A DNA stretch of 24,000 bases from Limisphaerales bacterium. Lineage in GTDB: Bacteria; Verrucomicrobiota; Verrucomicrobiia; Limisphaerales; UBA11358. The number at the start of each line of letters is the position of its first letter. Position 1 is the stretch's first letter. This document shows, in pieces, positions 7,162 to 13,888 of this stretch. Under the pieces are notes generated by a model. It did no database searches. It was not told the origin of the DNA and was given only the letters and a program-made list of their open reading frames with translations. A program made the translations under genes and the position numbers. The DNA lies in contig JANOBC010000143.1 of the NCBI GenBank assembly GCA_031411455.1, positions 4,714-28,713 of the forward strand. The letters are read 5' to 3'.

Positions 7162-8826
7162 ATGCAAAAAGACCCGTCCAAAAAATACCAGCCGTTCCAA
7201 CACGCGCCGAAGTTGACTGACCGTCGTTGGCCGAACGAAAAGCTCACGCACGCGCCGCGCTGGTGCAGCGTGGACTTGCGCGATGGCAACCAGGCGCTCG
7301 CCGTGCCGATGAACATTTCGCAGAAACTGGAATTATTTCAAACCCTTGTGAAGATTGGTTTCAAGGAAATCGAAGTCGGCTTTCCGTCGGCATCGAACAC
7401 GGAATTTGCCTTCAACCGTTTGCTCATCGAAAAAGGCCACGCGCCGGACGACGTTTGGTTGCAGGTGCTCGTGCAGGCGCGGGAGGATTTGATTGAACGC
7501 ACCGTCGAGTCTTTGATTGGCGCGAAGAAGGTCATCATCCACATGTATAATTCGACGTCGCCCGCGCAGCGTCGCGTGGTGTTTGGTAAGTCGAAGGACG
7601 AGATCAAGGCCATCGCCGTAAATGGCGCGAAGATGATCAAGGATCGCTTGCATCGCCTCACCGCTGGCGGCACGGAAGTGATGCTCCAGTATTCGCCGGA
7701 AAGTTTCAGCATGACGGAAGTGGAATACGCCAAGGAAATTTCCGAAGCCGTCATGGACGTGTGGCAGCCGACGCCGCAGCGCAAAATGATTTTGAATTTG
7801 CCGGACACGGTCGAGGTCGCGATGCCCAATGTCTATGCGGATCAAATCGAATGGATGTGCCGCAACTTGAAAAACCGCGACTCACTCATCATCAGTTTGC
7901 ACACGCACAACGACCGTTCGACCGGCGTGGCTGCGACAGAACTCGGCTTGCTCGCGGGTGCAGATCGCGTCGAGGGAACTTTGTTTGGCAACGGTGAACG
8001 CACGGGAAATTTAGACATCGTGACCGTGGCGTTGAATCACTATATGCACGGCATTGATCCGAAATTGGATTTCTCAAATCTCGCTGCCATCATTGATGTC
8101 TATGAGCGCAGCACCGGTATGACGGTGCCGCCCCGCCAGCCGTATGCGGGCGAACTCGTCTTCACCGCGTTCAGTGGTTCGCATCAGGACGCGATCAAAA
8201 AAGGTTTGGCGGAGCGCGAAAAAAATTCCAGCCACTGGGACGTGCCCTATCTCACCATTGATCCGGCGGACATCGGTCGCAAATATCAAGAAGTCATCCG
8301 CGTCAATTCACAGTCTGGCAAAGGCGGCGTCGCGTATCTGCTCGAAAGTGAATTCGGTATCGTGTTGCCGAAAGATATGCAGCGCGAGTTTGGCCCCATT
8401 GCCAATGACGCGGTGGACAAACTTGGCCGTGAAGTTTCCGGCGCGGAATTGAAGGCGATGTTCTGGCAGGAATACGTCCAGCGCGTTTCACCCTGGCAAT
8501 TATCCGGCTTTGAAACGGAGAGCAAAAACGGCGTGGTGAAGTGCGACGCAAAATTATTGCGCGCCGGCAAGCCCGCCGAATTCAAAGGCGAAGGCAATGG
8601 CCCGCTCGCGGCGCTTGTCCACGGCTTCAGCACGATGGGCGTGCCAAAATTTGAAATCTCCAACTACGCCGAACACGCCTTGAGCAGCGGCGAGGGCGCG
8701 GCGGCGATTGCCTACATCCAGATTAAAATTGCCGATGGCCAATCCCGCTGGGGCGCGGCGGTGGATACGAACATTGAACTCGCTTCGGTCAAGGCTGTCT
8801 TGAGCGCACTGAACCGGCTGGCGTAG
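7162..8826 (+). CDS. leuA: 2-isopropylmalate synthase, long actinobacterial-type LeuA.
   Basis: 554 aa. N-terminus KYQPF...RWPNEKLTHAPRWCSVDLRDGNQAL, then the HMGL-like TIM barrel (HTHNDRSTGVA) and a C-terminal LeuA dimerisation/regulatory domain. Confidence 0.95.
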   Translation: MQKDPSKKYQPFQHAPKLTDRRWPNEKLTHAPRWCSVDLRDGNQALAVPMNISQKLELFQTLVKIGFKEIEVGFPSASNTEFAFNRLLIEKGHAPDDVWLQVLVQAREDLIERTVESLIGAKKVIIHMYNSTSPAQRRVVFGKSKDEIKAIAVNGAKMIKDRLHRLTAGGTEVMLQYSPESFSMTEVEYAKEISEAVMDVWQPTPQRKMILNLPDTVEVAMPNVYADQIEWMCRNLKNRDSLIISLHTHNDRSTGVAATELGLLAGADRVEGTLFGNGERTGNLDIVTVALNHYMHGIDPKLDFSNLAAIIDVYERSTGMTVPPRQPYAGELVFTAFSGSHQDAIKKGLAEREKNSSHWDVPYLTIDPADIGRKYQEVIRVNSQSGKGGVAYLLESEFGIVLPKDMQREFGPIANDAVDKLGREVSGAELKAMFWQEYVQRVSPWQLSGFETESKNGVVKCDAKLLRAGKPAEFKGEGNGPLAALVHGFSTMGVPKFEISNYAEHALSSGEGAAAIAYIQIKIADGQSRWGAAVDTNIELASVKAVLSALNRLA

Positions 8827-8886
8827 GTGGCGTCAGCCATCTTGGTTAACGTAAAGCCGGGCTTCCAGCCCAGCGGAAAAACGCTA

Positions 8887-8953
8887 GAACAACCAAGGAA
8901 GCAAGCAACGAAGGCGAACTTCCCAAACGTTGTCCTTCGTGGCTTGGTTGTTC
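8887..8953 (+). other. Imperfect stem-loop about 65 nt long, downstream of leuA.
   Basis: gaacaaccaag (8887-8897) pairs with cttggttgttc (8943-8953). acgaagg (8908-8914) pairs with ccttcgt (8934-8940). No U-tract follows, so a terminator role is uncertain. Confidence 0.45.
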
Positions 8954-9001
8954 AAAAAATTTCGCGGCGTTTTTTCCGCGCGGCTGGAAGCCGCCCTCTA
9001 C

Positions 9002-9020
9002 GGCAGGCAGGATGCCTGCC
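9002..9020 (+). repeat. Short hairpin module (ggcaggc aggat gcctgcc).
   Basis: Perfect 7-bp stem with a 5-nt loop, inside a block (ggctggaagccgccctctacggcaggcaggatgcctgcc) that looks like a dispersed intergenic repeat. Confidence 0.4.
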
Positions 9021-9082
9021 ACCACAATTTCAAAGTGATTTCCGCTCGTCAAAACGCCGCATTCGGCGTAACGTTTCCGGCC

Positions 9083-9922
9083 ATGAAACTGCACCGGACT
9101 TTGTTCGCCCTCGCCGCGATTTTTTCTGCCGTGATTTCCCCTGCCGCCGCGCAGACGACCAACGCCATCGTTTCCGCGCCGGTTTATGTGCCGGATATTT
9201 CGCACGAGAACGAGCCGCTGCCGGATGGCGTGCTGGCGTTTGACGCGACGACGAAGTCCGTGGACGCCATGGAAGGAAATGACTTTGCCAAGTTCACTTT
9301 CAGCTTCACGAACGTCACCACAAACATCGTCACGATTTTGAATGTGCATCCGTCCTGCGGCTGCACCACGGCAGAATTGCCGCCCGTGCCATGGCAACTT
9401 GCGCCGGGGACGAACGGGGAAGTGCGGTTGAGCGTCAACCTCGCGGGCAAGCAAGGGATGCTGAACAAGAGCGTGAATTTCGCCACCGACAAGGGCAAGC
9501 GCGACCTGTGGATGCGCATTAATCTCGCGCCCGCTCCGAAAATTGAAATGTCGGCGGAGCAAAAAGCGGCGGGCATCGCGGCAGCGAAAATTGACCGGCA
9601 GGCCGTGTTCAAAGGTGATTGCGCGACGTGCCACATCGGCAAAAGCGAAGGCAAATACGCGCAGCAACTTTATGACATCGTCTGCGGCGTCTGCCACGCC
9701 GCCGAGCATCGCGCCTCAATGGTGCCCGACCTCACCAAGCTAACCGTCCCGACGAATGAAGAATTCTGGCGCACCTGGATCACCTACGGCAAGCCCGGCT
9801 CGCTGATGCCAGCGTTCGCGCAATCGCAGGGCGGGCCGCTCACGGACATTCAAATCGCCTCGCTCGCAACGTATCTCAACGCCATTCATCCGGCGAAGGT
9901 GGCGCCGGCTCCGGCGAAGTGA
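9083..9922 (+). CDS. Secreted DUF1573-domain / c-type cytochrome fusion protein.
   Basis: ATG 9083 gives the signal peptide MKLHRTLFALAAIFSAVISPAAA/Q. The DUF1573-like motif HPSCGCTTAEL is present. The C-terminal cytochrome c region has CATCH and CGVCH plus GSLMPAF. The track start at 8930 is TTG and lies in repeat DNA. Confidence 0.75.
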   Translation: MKLHRTLFALAAIFSAVISPAAAQTTNAIVSAPVYVPDISHENEPLPDGVLAFDATTKSVDAMEGNDFAKFTFSFTNVTTNIVTILNVHPSCGCTTAELPPVPWQLAPGTNGEVRLSVNLAGKQGMLNKSVNFATDKGKRDLWMRINLAPAPKIEMSAEQKAAGIAAAKIDRQAVFKGDCATCHIGKSEGKYAQQLYDIVCGVCHAAEHRASMVPDLTKLTVPTNEEFWRTWITYGKPGSLMPAFAQSQGGPLTDIQIASLATYLNAIHPAKVAPAPAK

Positions 9923-10045
9923 CGGACGGAGCGCGGGTCTGTGACCCGCAGCAGCTTTGCCAGACAGAACACACCCGGACTCTGCGGCAACGCGGCTTGA
10001 AAAATCTGAACATTGCTGCGGCTCACAGAGCCGCGCTCCGTTCCG
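9923..10045. repeat. Inverted pair of ~30-nt hairpin-containing repeat units, separated by 62 nt.
   Basis: The left unit (9923-9952) and right unit (10015-10045) are reverse complements except for 2 substitutions and 1 indel. Each unit has its own perfect 7-bp hairpin: gcgggtc tgt gacccgc at 9933-9949 and gcggctc aca gagccgc at 10018-10034. Confidence 0.85.
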
Positions 10046-10091
10046 CTTAACTCCGCTTGCAGAAATTTCTCCGCCGGTTATCCTGTCAACC

Positions 10092-11186
10092 ATGACAGCC
10101 AATCCCGTTGACGCGACCACCCACGCCACACTTTCCACGCTCGGCCAGCGCGTGCTAGGCGGCGGACAAATCACCCGCGACGAAGCAACGTGGCTGTTCA
10201 ACCTCGAATCCTCCGCTGACATTTTGGATTTACTTTCGTGGGCGAACCGCATCCGCGAACAGTTCAAAGGCAACAAGATTCATCTTTGCTCCATCGTCAA
10301 CGCCAAGGCCGGCGCGTGTTCGGAGAATTGCAGTTTCTGCGCGCAGTCCGCGCATTACCAGACCGGTTCACCGAAATACGGCTTCATCGAACCCGAACCC
10401 GTTTCCGAAGCGGCGGATGAAGCGAATAAAAATTCCGTCACCGCCGTCGGCCTCGTCGCTGCGTGGAAAGGTCTGAACGAAGGCCCGATGCTTGACGAAG
10501 TCTGCGACCGTATCAAAGAAATGAAAGCGGGCGGCAAGACACGCCCTGACGCCTCGCTTGGCCTCATCAAGAAACAGGAAGTTGCCAACCGCCTGAAGGA
10601 AGCCGGACTCGAATGTTACGGCCACAACCTCGAAAGCTCGCGCCGTTTTTTCCCGCAGACCTGCTCCACGCACACGTTCGACGACCGGCTCGAAACCATC
10701 GGCTACCTGAAAAAGGCCGGCATCAAGATTTGTTCCGGCGGCATCATCGGCATGGGCGAGACGCGCGCCGACCGCTGCGACCTCGCGTTTGAATTGAAAG
10801 CCATCGGCGCGAACGTCGTGCCCGTGAATATTTTGAATCCCATTCCCGGCACGCCGTTTGAAAAACTCGCGCCGCTGCCCGTCATGGAAATTTTGAAGAC
10901 CATCGCGTGTTTCCGTTTCATTTTGCCGCGACAGGAAATCATGATCGCCGGCGGCCGCACCGTGAACCTGCGCGATGCGCAGAGCATGATCTACATGGCC
11001 GGCGCGAGCGCGCTGATGGTCGGCAACTATCTCACCACGCTAAACCAGCCCGTCGAAAAAGATCTCCAGATGCTCAAAGACCTCGGCCTCGATCCGAACT
11101 GGGACAGCCATGATTTTGCGGATCAGGAAGAAGGCGGGTGCGGGTGTGGGAAAGAAAGTTGCGAGACGGAAGCAGTGATGGCATAG
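10092..11186 (+). CDS. bioB: Biotin synthase-like radical SAM enzyme (BioB family, atypical auxiliary-cluster ligands).
   Basis: Contains GACSENCSFCAQSAHY (CX3CX2C with BioB-type CAQS), YGHNLESS, IKICSGGIIGMGE and AGGR. ATG at 10092; the track start at 9957 is TTG inside the repeat. The C-terminal tail is GGCGCGKESCE. Confidence 0.8.
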   Translation: MTANPVDATTHATLSTLGQRVLGGGQITRDEATWLFNLESSADILDLLSWANRIREQFKGNKIHLCSIVNAKAGACSENCSFCAQSAHYQTGSPKYGFIEPEPVSEAADEANKNSVTAVGLVAAWKGLNEGPMLDEVCDRIKEMKAGGKTRPDASLGLIKKQEVANRLKEAGLECYGHNLESSRRFFPQTCSTHTFDDRLETIGYLKKAGIKICSGGIIGMGETRADRCDLAFELKAIGANVVPVNILNPIPGTPFEKLAPLPVMEILKTIACFRFILPRQEIMIAGGRTVNLRDAQSMIYMAGASALMVGNYLTTLNQPVEKDLQMLKDLGLDPNWDSHDFADQEEGGCGCGKESCETEAVMA

Positions 11187-11194
11187 TAGCCATA

Positions 11195-12061
11195 ATGAAA
11201 GCGGCAGGCAGTTATTTGAAACGATGGAGGCTTGTAATTTTTGCTAGCTGGTTTTTTATCGCGACGAACTTTTGTTTTGCGATCACTAACCAGATTTATA
11301 TTACCACTTTTACTAAAGCCGGATTATTGGCTTGGACCAACGCAACTGCTGTTTCGGTTACTGGCAGCACCTCAAATTCTATTTATCAAATTCAATGGTC
11401 AACAAATCTTGATGGAATCTGGAATGTTCTCCCCGGATTTACAGCAATTACAGGTAGCATTGCACAAGTGCAAATTCCAACGCCGACGAACACCAGCAGC
11501 TTTTATCGTCTCTTGTGCCTAAATCCAATCGCAGCGGATTCAATCGCTGATTTTAGCACCGTGCAAGGTTCCAATAATTGGTTTTATGGTTATTATGGAG
11601 GAACTTCAGCCACACCATACAAGACAGGCGACTTTCAACAAATGGCTAGTATTGTGCCCGGTGGAGGGTATGGCGGGGCTACCGCATGGTTTGTATTAAA
11701 CGGAACTTATTGGACTTGCTTATTCAATACTGGTGGCCATCCAAATGGGATTACGACTTCACAGGGACGAGCAACGCTGCAACAGTGGGCAGTTCGTCGT
11801 TGGGTTAGCCCCATCAGTGGAACGATTCGCATTTATGGAGTTTTAGCTGATCTGGACAACAGTTCCGGAAACGGTGTGATCGGACACATCATCATAAATG
11901 GGAGTGAGCTTTCTAACTACACTATTAATAACGGTGGTCGAACAAACTTTATATGCAACGCCGTAGTGAGTGTTGGCTCGCTCGTGGACTTCGCAATTGA
12001 TCCGCGCGATAACAATGACTACGCAGATTCAACGACATTCTATTTTACTATTCAGCGTTAG
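11195..12061 (+). CDS. Secreted hypothetical protein encoded in a low-GC island.
   Basis: ATG 11195 lies 9 nt after the bioB stop. The signal/anchor sequence is MKAAGSYLKRWRLVIFASWFFIATNFCFA. The N-terminal module has YQIQWSTNL...W...FYRL (beta-sandwich-like) and the C-terminal domain has FSTVQGSNNWFYGYY...VDFAIDP. GC is about 40-45%, against about 60% in the flanks. No family is recognised with confidence. Confidence 0.75.
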   Translation: MKAAGSYLKRWRLVIFASWFFIATNFCFAITNQIYITTFTKAGLLAWTNATAVSVTGSTSNSIYQIQWSTNLDGIWNVLPGFTAITGSIAQVQIPTPTNTSSFYRLLCLNPIAADSIADFSTVQGSNNWFYGYYGGTSATPYKTGDFQQMASIVPGGGYGGATAWFVLNGTYWTCLFNTGGHPNGITTSQGRATLQQWAVRRWVSPISGTIRIYGVLADLDNSSGNGVIGHIIINGSELSNYTINNGGRTNFICNAVVSVGSLVDFAIDPRDNNDYADSTTFYFTIQR

Positions 12062-12086
12062 CTTGAAAAAATCACGGGGCTATTGC

Positions 12087-12410
12087 TTTCCCAGCGCCGT
12101 AGGCGCGCCATCTTTGTAGAAACCCAAACCAAAAATTCCCCAGCCCCGCCGGGGCGGCATATTTTTGAAAATAGCCCAGCACTTTAGTGCTGGGTCAATC
12201 GTTCAATAAGCCATCCAAGTCCCGCCAGGGACGAAACATTCTTGCGGACGGACACCACATCTTCTGCCGTCCCTGACGGGACTTTTAATTTCGCCTATCT
12301 CCAACCCAGCCTTGAACGGCTGGGCTATTTTCAAAGATTTCGCGCCTGCGGAGCTTGAATCATTTTTGAATTTCCAATCTACAAAAATGCCAGCCCTACG
12401 GGCTTTGAAA
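12087..12410. repeat. Nested imperfect palindrome (foldback/MITE-like) of about 325 bp, centred near 12250.
   Basis: The left arm (12087-12233) and right arm (12268-12410) are reverse-complementary module by module. The outer modules are ttcccagcgccgtaggcgcgccatctttgtaga (left) and tctacaaaaatgccagccctacgggctttga (right). The next pair is atttttgaaaatagcccagc..gctgggt (12160-12196) and acccagcc..ggctgggctattttcaaagat (12303-12338). The innermost pair is agtcccgccagggacg (12218-12233) and cgtccctgacgggact (12268-12283). Each module also folds on itself. Confidence 0.8.
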
Positions 12411-12413
12411 ATT

Positions 12414-12478
12414 GAATCCGTGTTAATCCGTGAAATTCGGGTCAAAAACTTCTTTGCGTCTTCGCGCCTTTGCGTGAA
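12414..12478 (+). repeat. Repeat block: tandem aatccgtg x2, then a TT(T/C)GCG(T) triplet with 8-nt period.
   Basis: gAATCCGTGttAATCCGTGaaattcggg is followed by cTTTGCGTcTTCGCGccTTTGCGTg. The layout parallels the pepP-upstream element at 2157-2272 on the minus strand. Confidence 0.6.
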
Positions 12479-12496
12479 ATTCTCCGCGTGCAAAAG

Positions 12497-12530
12497 TTTT
12501 CCCAGTGCCGTGGGCGCGGCATATTCCGCC
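12497..12530 (+). repeat. Third same-orientation copy of the ttcccag..gccg..ggcgcg.cat module.
   Basis: ttttcccagtgccgtgggcgcggcatattccgccc, compared with 12087-12120 and 12136-12170. Confidence 0.6.
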
Positions 12531-12642
12531 CCCAGCAAAGATATTATTTTCACAGAACTTTTGGCCATTCAGAAACCATCCGCAAGTCTGGCGGCATTTT
12601 GGCATCGTTCACAATTCTTCACGCCTCACGCTTAACTCGTCA

Positions 12643-12678
12643 CTTTTCATGTGCATTTGTGTCCCTTCGTGGTTTAAC
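12643..12678 (+). promoter_or_regulatory. TTCGTG-type periodic motif, 12 nt upstream of the fabG ATG.
   Basis: cttTTCATGtgcaTTTGTGtcccTTCGTGgtttaac, with hexamers at 12646, 12656 and 12666 (10-nt period). It is closely similar to the pepP-upstream element and in the same orientation relative to the downstream gene. Confidence 0.45.
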
Positions 12679-12690
12679 CTTTCAAAAATT

Positions 12691-13434
12691 ATGAGTTCAC
12701 TCACCAATCAAATCGCCGTTGTCACCGGCGCGGGTCGCGGCATCGGTCGCGCCATCGCGTTGAAATTTGCCGCCGAGGGCGCGGATGTCGTCGTCGTTTC
12801 GCGCACACCGGAAAATTCCGAGAAGGTCGCCGCCGAAATCCGCGCGCTCGGCCGCAAGGCGTGGGCGCTCGCTGTGGACGTTTCGGATTCTGCCGCCGTG
12901 ACCGCGGCCGCCGACAAGATCATCGCCGATTGCGGCAAGGTGGACATTCTCGTGAACAACGCCGGCGTGACGCGCGATGGTTTGCTGATGCGGATGAGCG
13001 ATGCGGACTGGGACACGGTCTTGGACACGAATCTCAAGGGCGCGTTTCATTTCACGCGGGCTTTTTTCCGCACGTTCGCTAAGCAGCGCACGGGTCGCAT
13101 CCTAAATATTTCATCGGTCATCGGACTCATCGGCAACGGCGGCCAGAGCAATTACGCGGCGAGCAAGGCGGGGTTGATCGGCTTCACGCAGTCCGTCGCC
13201 CGTGAGCTAGCGGGGCGCGGGGTGACGGTGAATGCCATCGCGCCGGGTTTCATCGAGACGGACATGACGTCGGAGTTGAACGAGGAATTGAAGACGAATA
13301 TTTTGCGGACGATTCCGCTGGGCAAGTTCGGCGCGGCGGAAGACATCGCGAACGCGGCATTGTTTCTGGCGGGACCCGGCGCGCGTTATGTGACGGGACA
13401 GGTGTTGACGGTGGATGGCGGGATGGTGATGTGA
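12691..13434 (+). CDS. fabG: 3-oxoacyl-[ACP] reductase.
   Basis: MSSLTNQIAVVTGAGRGIGRAIA (TGxxxGIG), NNAG, and the YAASKAG catalytic Y-x3-K motif. The track ORF start at 12505 extends into repeat DNA. Confidence 0.93.
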   Translation: MSSLTNQIAVVTGAGRGIGRAIALKFAAEGADVVVVSRTPENSEKVAAEIRALGRKAWALAVDVSDSAAVTAAADKIIADCGKVDILVNNAGVTRDGLLMRMSDADWDTVLDTNLKGAFHFTRAFFRTFAKQRTGRILNISSVIGLIGNGGQSNYAASKAGLIGFTQSVARELAGRGVTVNAIAPGFIETDMTSELNEELKTNILRTIPLGKFGAAEDIANAALFLAGPGARYVTGQVLTVDGGMVM

Positions 13435-13580
13435 AATTAAATCATCCTCCTCGTCATCAATCCACTTTTGCGGACGAGGATGAGCGGGCGGATGAGGATG
13501 AAAACAAAGACAAAAGAAAATTTGTTTAGAATCGAAGCTTGACCACGACGGTCTCAATAAGTTAAAAAAGCAGGATATTT

Positions 13581-13823
13581 ATGGCTGACAAACCCCTTGA
13601 TCAACGTGTTAAAGACATCATCGTCGAACAGCTTGGTGTAAAACCCGAGCAAGTGACGCCCGAAGCCAAGTTCATTGAGGACTTGGGCGCGGATTCCCTC
13701 GATACCGTCGAGCTGGTGATGGCTTTGGAAGAAGAATTTGGCATCGAAGTGCCGGATGAACAGGCCGAGAAGCTCCAGAGCGTTGGCGATGTGATCAAAC
13801 ACATCGAGGAGTCCCAGAAGTAA
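13581..13823 (+). CDS. acpP: Acyl carrier protein.
   Basis: 80 aa with the [20 protein letters not shown] phosphopantetheine attachment motif. AGGA lies 6 nt upstream of the ATG. Confidence 0.97.
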   Translation: MADKPLDQRVKDIIVEQLGVKPEQVTPEAKFIEDLGADSLDTVELVMALEEEFGIEVPDEQAEKLQSVGDVIKHIEESQK

Positions 13824-13837
13824 TTTGAATTTGAACC

Positions 13838-13886
13838 ACGGGGCAGTTTAGGCTGGACACAGCTTGGACTGCCCCGTTTGATTTTG
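13838..13886 (+). terminator. Stem-loop with a T-rich tail between acpP and fabF (partial terminator or mRNA-stabilising hairpin).
   Basis: acggggcagt (13838-13847) pairs perfectly with actgccccgt (13868-13877) and is followed by ttgattttg. It ends at the fabF ATG. Confidence 0.55.
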
Positions 13887-13888
13887 TC

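Noticed and set aside
8846-9709. 287-aa minus-strand ORF across the leuA-downstream gap and the DUF1573/cytochrome gene.
   Set aside because: It is antisense to a gene with a signal peptide, a DUF1573 motif and CXXCH sites. It also runs through intergenic repeat DNA, and its composition is typical of a high-GC shadow ORF.
9957-10091. N-terminal extensions in track ORFs that begin at GTG/TTG: 9957 for bioB, 8930 for the cytochrome gene, 12505 for fabG, 11138 for the secreted protein, 21543 for the PNP-like gene, 20802 for the oxidoreductase and 17422 for the ABM protein.
   Set aside because: The extensions run through repeat, hairpin or terminator DNA or overlap the upstream gene. Downstream ATGs coincide with signal peptides or with the conserved N-termini of the families.
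10046-10091. BirA/biotin operator upstream of bioB.
   Set aside because: There is no TTGTAAACC-type inverted repeat or other clear palindrome between the repeat pair and the ATG.
12203-12635. 121-aa (minus) and 107-aa (plus) ORFs inside the 630-bp intergenic field.
   Set aside because: Both are read-throughs of the palindromic repeat modules and overlap each other on opposite strands. They have no start context or domain signal. I treat them as translated repeats.
12062-12690. Possible CRISPR array, suggested by the many short palindromic repeats.
   Set aside because: The repeats are in mixed orientation, differ in sequence and have irregular spacing. There are no uniform direct repeats with unique spacers, and no cas genes in the window.
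11195-12690. Possible diversity-generating retroelement (a variable C-terminal lectin-like protein followed by repeats).
   Set aside because: No reverse transcriptase is present. None of the downstream repeats matches the 3' end of the 11195-12061 gene, so there is no TR/VR pair.
13539-13568. Sigma70-like promoter for acpP: ttgacc, 18 nt, then taaaaa.
   Set aside because: The -10 match is poor. The implied TSS would fall at or after the AGGA ribosome-binding site. The promoter consensus for this lineage is unknown to me.
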